Assembly (NCBI GenBank): GCA_951406725.2
Contig: OX597814.1
Coordinates: forward strand, 95,914,001 to 95,978,000
DNA from: Octopus vulgaris
Lineage: Eukaryota
DNA: 64,000 nucleotides
Direction of reading: 5' to 3'
Each line of letters opens with the position of its first letter. Position 1 is the stretch's first letter. Below the pieces are notes generated by a model. It saw only the letters and a program-made list of their open reading frames with translations. It was not told where the DNA came from and ran no database searches. This document shows positions 1-12,700 of this stretch, piece by piece. A program made the translations under genes and the position numbers.

Positions 1-1254
1 ATAAATAACTTGCAACAAGTTTAAAGAATATAAATCCCTCGTGGATTGTACAATTCCTGCTTGAGTTCCTATCTCTACACAAAAAAAATCACAAACTGCT
101 CAGGGTGCATCTATGCATCATCCCAATTTTTGGTCCCTCCATCTAAAATTGGGGATGATACATTAGATAATGTAATCCTAGATACCTATAAAAACACTAG
201 ATGATGAAGACCGGAATGACTTCGATAATATGTCAGCTTGTTCAGTTCTCAATTAGAACAATAACAACAAAGAAAATGACAAGCTTAAAAAAAGATCCCA
301 CCTTCAGACTTCTTATTCAATGCAGCAGGATTACTAAAAATGAAAGAACACCTGAATATATGTGAGGGGTTGTTTCTTACTGTTCTTTTTGTTATATATA
401 TATAAATGCAATCAAGCTCAGCCACTCAGACACATCTGCAACACTCTAGAACAATACTATAAACAAAGATTTTTGTCTTGCAGGTTACTTGGTGACCCTA
501 TCAGTCCAGGTGCCACTTAAAAAGCATCCAGTCTACACTGTAAAGTGATTGGCAATTGGAAGGGCACCTAGCTGTAAAAACCTTGCCAAAATTGACCTTT
601 CCTGTGCTTGTGCTATGTAAAAAGCATTAAGTCCACTCTGCTGGGTGGTTGGTGTTAGGAAGGGCATCCAGTTGTAAAAATCGTGCCAAAACAGTCAGAA
701 AAGCCTGATGCAGGTTTTTGCCTGGTCAGCTCTTGTCAAACCATCCCACTCATGCCAGCATGGGAGGCGGATGTTAAACAATGATGATGATGGTGATCTT
801 AAAATATTATCGCTCACTCATTTAAGCAAACAAAAAATACAGAGACATAACATCATCATCAGTGACCCCATAAAGCTCTAAGCACCTCTGGAATGCAGAG
901 ACCCATCTGTAAATGCTAGGAAACATCTGTTGCACTCAAACTGAAGCCTTTTATCACTTTCACTGAAAACACTGCTGAAACCTGTTCATATGCAAAAACA
1001 AGCTGGATAATTTTTTAAAAGAAGGTTATGAGTTGGACTGTTACACTTCAATCTATACAATAAATAACCGCATATCAAAGTATATGGTATAGTTTTCCAT
1101 TAGGAATGGTATATGTGACACTAGATATCTATTGATTTCACCTACCTCTTTGTCCAATTACTTATGTACCATATGCTGATTTGATCAGAGCTGACTTAAG
1201 GATTACTACAATCTGAGGTGTCACTGTTAAGTTCGAAATTGTTATTGAATCCTA

Positions 1255-1470
1255 TAAAAGCAGTAAGCTGGCAGAATTGCTAACGTGCTGGACAAAATGC
1301 TTAACAGCTTTTCATGTCATTACATTCTGATTCAAATGCTGTCATAGCTGACTTTGCTTTCATCCTTTTAGGGTCGATGAAATAAGTACCAGTCAAATAT
1401 TAGTTTAATGCAATTGACTAGCCTTCTCCCTCAAAATTCCTGGCATTGTACCTATAGTAGAAAGGATTAT
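1255..1470 (+). mobile_element. tRNA-derived SINE, family B (degenerate copy)
   Basis: Head 'gcagtaagctggcagaattgctaacg' and core 'gactttgctttcatccttttagggtcgatgaaataagtaccag', shared with copies at 36305-36482(-), 42222-42435(+) and 54187-54592(+). Confidence 0.7.
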
Positions 1471-1479
1471 TTAATCCTA

Positions 1480-1860
1480 TAACTCCTTTGCTTGTTTTAG
1501 TCAATAGACTGTGGCCATGCTGGGGCATTGCTTTAAAGAATGTTTAGACAAATGAATTGACCCCAAAACTTATGTTTTGTCACTTGTTCTCTTTTGCTCT
1601 TTTGTTGAACTGCTGATTTACAAGGGGCGTAAACACAGACACAAAATCATATACATATATATGGATTTATGTGCAGTAGTACAACCTCTGGAACCATGTG
1701 GTTGAGAAGCAAGCTTCTTACCACACAGTCAACCCTTTGCCTATATATATATATACACACACATGCATATATATATATGTATTTATATGAAGTGGAACAG
1801 AACCCGGAACCATGTTGTTGGGAAGCTAGCTTCTTACCACAAAGTCAAGCCTTCACCTAT
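1480..1860 (-). mobile_element. tRNA-derived SINE, family A (with duplicated head)
   Basis: Reverse complement of the head 'tgtgtggtaagaagcttgcttc..aaccacatggttcc' occurs twice (about 1685-1730 and 1800-1845). The family tail 'gccccagcatggccacagtc...aaacaag' is at 1480-1530. Confidence 0.7.
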
Positions 1861-1861
1861 A

Positions 1862-2856
1862 TCTATCTTCTATATATATAAAACTGAGAATGTGTGTCTG
1901 TCTGTCTGTGTGTTTCCCTAAAACTTGAGAGCTACACAACCAATTTCATTCAAATTTTACACATGCCTTACTTAGGGTCCATGTAGTGTCATGGGCAAAA
2001 AAATGTCTAACTTCTTGCCTAGGGGACGCAGTGTAAATAACGGACAGAGTCAAAACTATTGAAAAGGTTGCAAGAGGCAACGAAAATTTTAGGAAAATAA
2101 AAATAAGAAATAAGTGGAAATTTTACCGGTGAGTGTGTTAAATAATAAGGCACAAAAAGAAAATGACTCTCCCCAGACACAACAGAATATGCTTCAACAC
2201 ACGAACTCATATAAAGAATCTTGCAAACGAATTACAATATATTTATTTTAAATTGTTCATCTTTCTCCTCCTCTCTCTCTCACACACATTACTTTGGGTG
2301 CGAAAGAGTTTTGTTTTTATTTTACGCCAAGTAAAAAAGTGTTTTGTTGACAATCCATTTATTTAACAACAAAGAAACAAAGAGGGGAGTAACAATCTGT
2401 CAGTGAATTACACAATATAAATGGGTACAATTTCCGAGGCTTCCACCACACCCCACTCTGTTTCACGGACAACAAAAAGGGTTTTGAGGCCAGAGTAGTT
2501 GATTACACGCAAAAAAAAAAACGATTTTTTTCCTTAGTGAAAATCGTGTAAGAGTTAATCTACAAATTTAACAGCATTTTTTCCATTCATTTCTGTTTAT
2601 GAACATGTATGCGTGCACAAAACATGCAATAGGTGTACGTACGTACGTATGTATATGTGTGTTCGTGTCTGTTGCCCATATATATTTATATTATATTATA
2701 TATAATATATATATAACATATATATATAATATAACTAATTTCAACGGATTTCGCCCAAATTTGATGTCTATATTACTTAGTTTGGTTTGAAATAAAGAAC
2801 ATGATTAGCTTAATAATCGTAACTTAATCCTGAGCAAGGCTGGGTTATACTGCTAG
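1862..2856 (+). mobile_element. Non-autonomous Helitron-like element
   Basis: 5' end a|TC..tctatatatataaaa. 3' end is a degenerate hairpin 'cctgagcaaggctggg' followed by CTAG|t at 2853-2856. The 5' part recurs at 10169-10330. Confidence 0.7.
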
Positions 2857-2865
2857 TATATATTT

Positions 2866-3100
2866 AGACCCCTTCGGTCATGAATGACCATGGGATTGCA
2901 CCTAGGAAGTTACCCTCCTAGACACAAGTCTGGGCAAGGTTGTTTATGGAAGGCCAGCAGTCGCCCATGCATACCAGCCTCCCCTCTCCACGCCACCAGT
3001 GTTATCCAAGGGAAAGACAAAGGTCAATACAGCTTGGCACCAGTGACGTCGCAACTCATTTCTACAGCTGAGTGAACTGGAGCAACGTTAAATAAAGTGA
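2866..3100 (-). mobile_element. SINE family C (CORE-like central domain), 5'-truncated
   Basis: Reverse complement of the 62527-62845 copy, including 'gctccagttcactcagctgtagaaatgagttgc'. Confidence 0.7.
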
Positions 3101-3116
3101 TATATATATATATCAT

Positions 3117-6100
3117 AGAGTACTTAAGATTAGAAAGTACTTGAGATTAGAGAGTACTTAAAATTAGAGAGTTCTTAAGATTAGATTAGTGCTTCACCAT
3201 AGATCAGCTACCATTATCTCAGCCTATGCCCCTCAACCGGGGCTACTGGAAGGACAGAAAGACCGATTTTATGACACCCTATTGCAGACTACCTTGTTGA
3301 CAAATGACAGGGACCTTCTCTTTGTGGCTGGTGACTTCAATGGACATGTTGGACAGCATTTCGGGGGCTTCCATGGCATACATGGGGGCTACGGTTTTGG
3401 CTCTTGCAATGAGGAGGAAACCAGGCTGTTGGAGTTCTGCGATGCAAATGATCTTATGGTTTGCAATACCAACTTCAGGAAACCCACCTCTAACCTAGTC
3501 ATCTACTGTTCTGGCAGACACACTAGCCAGATTGACTACATCCTCGCCAGAAAGAGGGAAAGAGGGTGGCTTATAAATTCCAAAACCTTCCCAGGCAAAG
3601 AATGTACCCCTCAACATAGATTAGTAGTTAGCGACTTCAGGATCAGGGCTAAATGGTTACCCAGAAGAAGACCAGCTTGGAGGAGAAGGGTCTGGAAGCT
3701 TAAAGATCCTGCAAATGGACAGAGATTTAGAGACATACTATTCGAAGCCTTCGACGAAATAGAAGGGGATATAGCATCACATAATGTGGAAGACAACTGG
3801 AGGTTTCTACGGAACAATCTGCTGAGAGCCACTGACCAGATCTGTGGATGGAGCAAAGTCCCATCTCGACCCAAGGTAACGTGGTGGTGGAACAATGTGG
3901 TTGACAGGGCTATTAGACAAAAGAAACAGGCTTGGAGGGACCGGAAGAACGGAGGTAGCTGGGAATTGTATCAGACTGCCAGAAGGGAAGCTAGGAGACA
4001 GGTTTATTTAGCCAGAGGGGAAGCAGATAAGAAAAAATTTGCCAATGTTCTGCGCCGTGAGGACCAAAGACTTGAGGTATTCCGTGTTGCAAGACAGTGT
4101 GTGAGAGAGAATCGTGATGTGGTAGGAGAGAAATGTGTCCGTATGGATGATGGTTCACTTGCACTAAATGAGGCTGCAAAGAGAGAGGTTTGGAGATGCC
4201 ACTATGAAAGGTTGCTCAATAAAGAGAATGAATGGGAGAAAGAGAGTTTGCCGAATGTCGACCCAACAGAAGGACCAGCTATCCAAATTGACAGTACCTT
4301 GGTAGTTAAAACAATCAAGAGTATGAAGGCAGGGAAAGCCCCCGGCCCATCAGGAATCACTGCAGAGATGCTCAAAATATCTGGCAGTGTCGGCTATATC
4401 CTAGTCACCTGTATAGTTAACCAGGTGATACACGAAGGAGTCATACCCAATGACTGGTGTCGCAGTATAATAGTCAACTGCTACAAAGGTAAACGTGACG
4501 CTCTAGATACAAATAATTACAGAGGTGTCAAGTTGCTGGATCAAGTAATGAAGGTCACGGAGATGGTCATGGCCCAACTAATTAGAAAGAGAGTTAGTTT
4601 AGATGATATGCAGTTTGGGTTCGTGCCAGGGAAAAGTACCACTGATGCTATATTCCTGGTAAGACAGCTGCAGGAGAAATACCTAGCCAAAGATAAACCT
4701 CTGTACCTGGCTTTTGTTGACATGGAGAAAGCCTTTGACAGGGTCCCCCGATCCCTTATCTGGTGGTCAATGAGGAAACTAGGGATAGATGAATGGTTAG
4801 TGAGAGCTGTGTGAGCCATGTACAGAGATGCTGTTAGTAAGGTGAGGGTTGGCAACGAGTACAGTGAAGAATTCCGGGTAGAGGTTGGGGTCCACCAAGG
4901 CTCAGTCCTCAGCCCCCTCCTATTTATCATAGTCCTCCAGGCAATAATGGAGGAATTCAAGACAGTATGCCCCTGGGAGCTCCTCTATGTTGATAACCTT
5001 GCTCTAATTGCTGAGTCACTATCAGAACTGGAGGAGAAGTTTCAAGTGTGGAAGCAAGGATTAGAATGGAAGGGCCTTAGAGTCAACCTAGCTAAAACCG
5101 AAGTCCTAATAAGTAGGAAGGTAGACAAATCACAAACGCCTTCAGGTAGATGGCCCTGCTTAATTTGTAGAAAAGGCATAGGTAGAAACTCTATAAGATG
5201 CACCAAGTGTAAGCTATGGACATATAAGAGGTGCAGCAATGTCAAAGGAAGGCTAACTAGGAAGATAGTTTTTGTATGTGGCAGATGTTCAGGAGCAATA
5301 AACACTGAAAATGCTCTGAGACCAACTTCCGCCACATTCCAGGGAGAAAAACTAGAAATAGTTGATAGCTTTCATTACCTAGGTAACCAAGTCAGTAGCG
5401 GGGGCGGGTGTGCTGAAAGTGTAACTGCTAGAGTAAGAATAGCCTGGGCAAAGTTCAGAGAGCTCTTACCTCTGCTGGGGACAAAAGGCCTCTCGCTCAG
5501 AGTAAAAGGTAGATTTTATAACGCATGTGTACGAACAGCCATGCTACATGGCAGTAAAACATGGGCCGTGACTGCTGAGGACATGCGTAAGCTTGCAAGG
5601 AATGAAGCCAGTATACTCCGATGGATGTGTAATGTCAGTGTGCATACTCGACAGTGTAAGTACCTTGAGAGAAAAGTGCAAGAGAGATGACTGTGCTGGT
5701 ATGGCCATGTGGATAGCTGCGCTTGAATGGATGTAGATAGCTGTGTGAAAAATTGCCACACCTTAGCGGTTGAGGGAACCTGTGGAAGAGGTAGACCCAG
5801 GAAGACCTGGGATGAGGTAGTGAAGCATGACCTTCGAACATTGGCCCTCACCAAGGCAATGACTAGTGACCGGGACCTTTTGAAATATGCTGTGCTTGAG
5901 AAGACCTGGCAAGCCAAGTGAGACCATAATGTCGTGGCTTATGCCAGGGGTGTAATCAGCCCACTTATCTGTACCTTTCCTTCATTGGACACTAAACTCT
6001 GCTTGCAAAGACCTGTTGAGGCAAGTGAAATTGAAATCAAATTCGATGACTGGCATCCATGCTAGTGGAGCTCTAAGAATACCATCCGAGTGTGATCGTT

Positions 6101-6400
6101 GCCAGAGCAACAGACTGGCTTCCGTGCTGGTGGCACCATTTGAGCATGGCTTCTGTGCCGGTGATACCATTTGAGCGTGGTCATTGCCAGTACCGCCTGA
6201 TGGGCGCTCGTGCCAGTGGCATGTAAAAGCACCCACTACACTCTCAGAGTGGTTGGCGTTAGGAAGGGCATCAAGCTGTAGAAACTCTGCCAGATCAGAT
6301 TGGAGCCTGGTGCAGTCATCTGGTTCACCAGACCTCAGTCAAATTGCCCAACCCATGCTAGCATCAAAAGTGGACGTTAGATGATGATGATGATGATGAT
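3117..6400 (+). mobile_element. RTE-clade non-LTR retrotransposon, 5'-truncated and inactivated (partial APE + RT + PHD finger + 3' UTR + (GAT)n tail)
   Basis: APE motifs (SAYAP, AGDFNGHVG, SQIDYIL, QHRLV). RT motifs (KAPGPSGI, NYRGVKLL, QFGF, AFVDMEKAFDRV, GVHQGSVLSPLLF, YVDN in place of YADD, YLG). RTE C-terminus RGRGRPRKTW. ORFs 3189-4814 and 4818-5690 are in the same frame, split by one TGA. (GAT)n tail at 6380-6400. Confidence 0.95.
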
Positions 6401-6405
6401 ATAAA

Positions 6406-6440
<35 letters not shown>

Positions 6441-6445
<5 letters not shown>

Positions 6446-8136
6446 AGATAAGAAAATGGAGAAATACATCTAAATCAAATATCAATTACCAGATAATACT
6501 CAATCACATACTTTATTAAACCACCACATAAGAGACTGTAGGGTTAAATATAAAAAGCAGAACAAATCAGTGTACATAAAGGAATGTACATAAAAAAAGT
6601 GTACATAAAAGAGTAATGTTGTATAATAAGTAGAATATATATAATAAGTAGAATATATATAATTATAAGTAAATATAAATATAAGTAAATATAAATATAA
6701 GTATAGATTACATCTTACAGCTGTTTCGGCCATGTAGATAAGTATGTCTCATTTTACCAATATTAGCCTTTTATGGTAGGTCAATATGTAGATATAAATG
6801 AGACATTTACAAAAATATCATAAGGCCTCTTCGGAGATTATGTAATGTAAATCAGTCTACATATATACCCACATGGGTGTGGGTACATACCCATAATACA
6901 ACATATACATATACATATGGGTGCATATACTCACACTCCTATTCACATAAAAATATACATATACATAATGATATAAATAAATAATATAAATTAGTAAACA
7001 TATATATGTGTTCCACATTCAATGTCTCAGTTTTTCGACTTAATATTGTGATAATAAACATACACAAATTAGTACCTAGATGCAAATATACATAGTCAAT
7101 AGTACATTATATTACTTCGTACTAATTTCTAAAGTGTCATTAAAGTTAGCATCATTATCGTTGTCAATACCATTAATGTTACCATTATTATCATTCTTAA
7201 TATTATTAATAACGCTTACATTAGGATCCAGAGTGCTACATATGCATGTCCGGGTTCCAGTTAGTAATTTTCTTTATGACATAAATACACTATTGGATTT
7301 GAATTTAGAATTATCATTATCTTCCTCACGGTTGGTCAATTGAGAGCCGCCCAACCTCCACCACACCGCACAAGCAAAACATACACATCCACATCTAACC
7401 CTAAACCCACACATCCACACAGAAACTCACACACACATACATGCACACACACATGAATACACCCCGACACATCGCTACACATTCACTAAATTGCAGAGTG
7501 TATGTCTGTCATCGCATGGCTTATAGACAAATCAGTACAGGCAGCAGTGTCTAACACTAACACACACACTCACATGCACATCCGCATATACGCATAAATA
7601 TTAATACACTCTCGTATACTGTGTCAGGGAACTTTCGCACACACATATATATTTAAATATATATCTGCGCACTCATACGTACAAATAAAACCTATATTTA
7701 TATCTACCCATGACCCATGAATAAATATTCGCATATACATATATACATATCCAAATACGCACCTGCGTGCTCATATGTGTAATAAAAACATACATCCGTA
7801 CATCCACCCACGATCATACCTTTATGTACAAAAACATACATACATACACATACACATTTTCACACACCTCGACACCTCAACACACATCCACTAAATCATA
7901 AATTAAAATATATGTCTGCCCATCCAAAGACGTATATATACATACACAAAAAGTAAACAGAAGTTACTATTAATTTAGATATAAGTTCATTAATTATAAA
8001 TTAAATTAATTATAGATTAGTAAGTGCCAAATAAACAAAAATAAATAATTAAATAAATAAATATAAAAACATATATGATTGATTTTTGATTGATTGATTC
8101 TAGTTTCAGCTTATGAGCTGTGGCCATGCTGGGGCA

Positions 8137-8178
<42 letters not shown>

Positions 8179-9110
8179 GTATAGATAAATATATAAATAA
8201 AATGGAATACAAGTTAAGGAGGGCACAAAGATAAACCTAATATAGTAAGTATAAGTGGATACTTCAGAATGCACCCACATGCACATACATGTGCATGCAT
8301 GCCCCCGCATGGACACACGAATTCATGGCCGGACACAACCGCACACGTCCCTCTCGCACACACGATCACCAAGATGCACACCAGAACACGCGTACAAGTA
8401 CACGCGAATGTCTGCAAGCACAGCGCACAAGAGTGCACACGTTGATGCACATGCACAGACGCGCCCGCGGATGCTCACGCGCACGCGTACGCGGGTGCAC
8501 AAACTCCGGTGCAGTGCCACCCGGGCCCACGCCTGTGCCGCAGAAATCCCACAACCCCCAACAAACCAACCGTAAAAAAAAAAACCACCTTATGTATTGT
8601 TCTGACTATATCCGTTTTAATCTGCATTACATATGGTATTATTAGCCATAGTGTATCGTCCTCACTATGTGGATTACTCCTCAAATTGTTATTCTTGGGA
8701 AAAACCCTATTATTCTTTATATTTATATTCTCTTTTATATATATTCTACTTATTATACAACATTACCCTTTTATGTACACTTTTTTATGTACATTCCTTT
8801 ATGTACACTGTTTTGTTCTGCTTTTTATATTTAACCCTACAGTCTCTTATGTGGTGGTTTAATAAAGTATGTGATTGAGTATTATCTGGTAATTGATATT
8901 TGATTTAGATGTATTTCTCCATTTTCTTATCTTGTATTAGTAATTTGTGGTAAATCATTTTACCTTTGCCCATATAATACAGTAAATGAATTGATTGCAT
9001 CGCAATCATTAACATTTATGTATTAACTTTGTTGGGTACTTCACTAGCAGTATATTGGATATATGTTATCCCATGGAGGGTTGCATTTACAACCCCTATC
9101 TCAATTTGTG
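6441..9110. mobile_element. Non-coding Penelope-like fold-back element (about 200-bp inverted arms at 6441-6642 and 8737-8937, plus a unique tail to about 9110)
   Basis: The arm 'atacaagataagaaaatggag...agtagaatatatat' is the near-perfect reverse complement of 8737-8937. A hammerhead motif lies just inside the left arm, and the left end is embedded in (TA)n. Confidence 0.7.
6712..6838 (-). ncRNA. Type I hammerhead ribozyme motif (CCGAAGA core variant)
   Basis: Minus strand reads atct-CCGAAGA-GGCC-[92-nt loop containing an 11-bp stem atgtctcattt/aaatgagacat]-GGCC-GAAAC-AGCT-GTA-agat. Stems I, II and the palindromic stem III all pair. Confidence 0.75.
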
Positions 9111-9249
9111 TTAGGAAGGGCATTCCAGCTGTAGAAACATTGCCAGATTAGACTGGAGCCTGGTGCAGCCTTCTGGCTTCCCAGAACCCCGGTCGAACCG
9201 TCCAACCCATGCTAGCATGGAGAACGGACGTTAAACGACGATGATATAT

Positions 9250-9283
9250 ATAACACACACATATATATAGGTATACACATATT

Positions 9284-9335
<52 letters not shown>

Positions 9336-9610
9336 TATATATAGGTATACACATATTTAAATATATATCATCATCGTCGTTTAACGTCCGTTCTCCATGC
9401 TAGCATGGGTTGGACGGCTCATATATATAGGTATACACATATATATAGGTATACACATATTTAAATATATACATATATACACACATATATACAGATATAT
9501 ATACGTGTGTGTATGTATATGTATGTATATATATGTATATATGTATATATATATGAATATATATGTATATATATGTATATATATGTATGTATATATATGT
9601 ATATATATGT

Positions 9611-9650
<40 letters not shown>

Positions 9651-9776
9651 GTATATATATGTATATATATATATATATATACACATCCATATATATATAC
9701 TTATACATATAAAATTACATATATATATATATATACACATCCATATATATATATATACTTATACATATAAAATTAC

Positions 9777-9828
<52 letters not shown>

Positions 9829-9870
9829 GTGTAGATATATAGATATACATACATACACACACACACATAT
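9250..9870. repeat. Compound (TA)n/(TATG)n/(CA)n/(GA)n microsatellite field
   Basis: Seen directly. It is the source of the spurious YI-repeat ORFs. Similar fields are at 10490-11060, 27058-27530 and 59697-60100. Confidence 0.95.
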
Positions 9871-10168
9871 ATAAAATATAAAATATAAAAATTTCTCTAT
9901 AAAAAATCTCCCTATAAGAAGATCAAAATGTTTCTTCTGGTAAAAAATGGTATGGAAACACCCAGTTCTTTCAGAGTTGGCATCTCTCAGGAATCTCGAT
10001 GGGATGGACCTACTGCTGGTCATTTGCGTTTAGTTGTTGAAATATGTGACAGACATATGTTAACTAACCTAAATTGTGATTCTACGTAAACACTGCTTTG
10101 CACCATCATTTTGTTATTTTTTCAATTGCATGACCTACTAGCACAAATCGGTCAATGTATTGGCCGAA

Positions 10169-10470
10169 TCTATGTATATAAAGATGAGAATGTGTGTACA
10201 TGTGTTTGTGTGTGAATCACTAAAACTTGAGAACTACACAACCAATTTCATTCGAATTTTATACATGCCTTACTTGGGGTCCATGTAGTGTCATGGCCAA
10301 ACCAATTTTTAACTTCTTGCCTAGTGCAAGCCCAGAGCAATATTATATCTCCTCCACTATTTCAGTATTACTTGTCAAAAGTGAAACAATGACATCTCTC
10401 TATTGTAATGTCAGATATTTTCACTTTAATAGTTTCTCTTTAATACTGAAACTATTACAGTGAAACTATT
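10169..10470 (+). mobile_element. Helitron-like element, 5' fragment (same family as 1862-2856)
   Basis: 'ctaaaacttgagaactacacaaccaatttcattcgaattttatacatgccttacttggggtccatgtagtgtcatgg' closely matches 1918-1995. Confidence 0.65.
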
Positions 10471-10583
10471 ATCTCACATATATACAGGCATACATAAATA
10501 CATATATATAATATATATTATGTGTGTGTGTATATATATATATGTATACATCTGCACAATTGTATATATATAGATGTATATAT

Positions 10584-10953
<370 letters not shown>

Positions 10954-11055
10954 ATGTGTAGATGTATATATATAGATGTACATGTAATATGTACACATAT
11001 ATATACACACATATACATCCATACACACACACAAACACACACACACACACACACA

Positions 11056-11350
11056 CAGGTGCAGGTGTGGCTGTGTGGTAAGAAATTTGGTTCCAAAACA
11101 CATGGTCCTGGGTTCGGTACCACTCTGTCTTCTGCTATAACCTCAGACCAACCAAAGCCTTGTGAGTGGATTTTGTACACATAAACTGAAAGAAATCAAT
11201 CGTATATATATGTATGTACGTATGTAAGAGTATGTGTGTGTCTTTGTCTCTGTGTTTCTCCCTCATCACTGCCTCACAACTGCTGTTTGTTTATATACAT
11301 CCCCATAACTTACTGGTTTCACAAGAAGAAACTGGTGGAATACGTACCAG
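11056..11350 (+). mobile_element. tRNA-derived SINE, family A
   Basis: A-box-like 'tggctgtgtgg' and B-box-like 'gggttcggtacc', followed by the family body 'gaccaaccaaagccttgtgagtggattt..aactgaaagaa'. Other copies at about 17141, 34610-34890(-), 36520-36875(-), 37265, 41900-42070(-) and 54040. Confidence 0.75.
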
Positions 11351-12700
11351 TTAAGACCTACAATTTAGTCATTTTATCTAAGCAATGATGAATACAGTTG
11401 TACTCTTGGAAGCTATAGGGTCATCCTAGCATAAAAGATGAGCGTTGTTTGTAATTCAGTGGTACAACAGTATAAGAGTTTGCTTTCAGATATACTTAGA
11501 TTATGATTTCTGCAATGTGGTGCATAAATTGTCAAGTAAATGACATTTGCATCTTTGCCTCCACTGATTCAGTTTCAAAGTGTTTAGTAAAGTTATTTGG
11601 TTGCAGACCTCCTTTGAGTCTTTTTATTATCACTGGGTCGCACATAGTCCCCGATGGTAACATTGATTTCAAGGCCTTCCCAGATGAGTGACTGGTTATT
11701 GAAAGACATTTATAGATTGTAAATTTATTCTGTCCAGTTATCTATCGGTATAGTGGTCATTTTGCAAATTTCAGAGGTGACACTTTCATTTCCCCTTAGC
11801 CCTCACATCACACAGTTGTTAATGTTTGAGTTGGGTCACACCCTTCCAATTGCTATAGATCCATAATGCATCTTACGGCTGTGCCTGTCACCTCTGTGGT
11901 GAAGAATCCTACATTGGGGAGTAGTAACAACTGGGGTAGGGTAGCTGACTGCTTATTGTGATCATTCGTCTTTTGGTTTCCTATAGCTTTGCTCTCTTTT
12001 ACAAACCCAGTGAACATGCATATATTTCCTATTTCAAAGTAATTCAAACAATACATATAAGACCCAAGTTAAAAAGATTATCAACAATTCAACTTCTCTG
12101 GTTGACATTAAGACACCCACCCCCAATAGGGGCCTTAACTCCCACATTTTGGAGCTCCATGACATCCATTTTTCAGGAGCAAAATCCTTTTAACAGGTTC
12201 CATAAGACTGGAATTTTAGATTCTGCGCATAAAGATCAGTAGTATGGGATACATGTATCATGATTAAAATTTTTTAGGGTGTGTAAAGCGGGAAAGAACC
12301 CTCATCTGCAATTTTGATAAAATTTGAATCAGAGGTATTCCAATTCATTAGAGAAAATATAACAGAAAAGTCTAATTCTTCAATTGCATGTAACACATGC
12401 AATGCTGGGTATCTCTGCTAGTTATATATAAAGCTACAAGCTTTACTTAGTTCATTCAGAGTTGCCTCTCTTAGGTACATCTCATTGACAAGATTCAATA
12501 AACTCAAAACATCGATGTCTGAGATTCCCAAGAGATGGCAACACTGAACGAATCTGGTGTTTTCACACCTTTTTCCCAGAAGAGAGATTTTTATCTCCAT
12601 AGTAACTGCAGTGTATTTGCCTTTAGCAGTTGAAATATGTGACAAACATATTTCAACTAACCTAAATTGTGATTATACATAAATATATATCATCGTATTT

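Noticed and set aside
1-350. Possible decayed LINE RT fragment
   Set aside because: Only a vague resemblance with many stops; not supportable.
4812-4814. In-frame TGA in the RTE ORF as programmed readthrough or selenocysteine
   Set aside because: The equivalent codon is sense (RAVQAL) in the 30327 copy. This copy also has YVDN for YADD and a downstream deletion, so this is ordinary decay.
3611-5917. Antisense ORFs overlapping RTE copies
   Set aside because: Shadow frames of the RT ORF, with no recognisable domains.
11056-11125. tRNA genes at SINE heads (also 37070-37148, 54187 and 62527)
   Set aside because: A/B-box-like motifs run into repeat bodies and no complete cloverleaf forms, so these are SINEs.
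11370-12250. About 900 bp of higher-complexity sequence as a possible decayed ORF
   Set aside because: I could not recognise any motif or consistent frame, so it is left unannotated. tBLASTx against repeat libraries would be needed.
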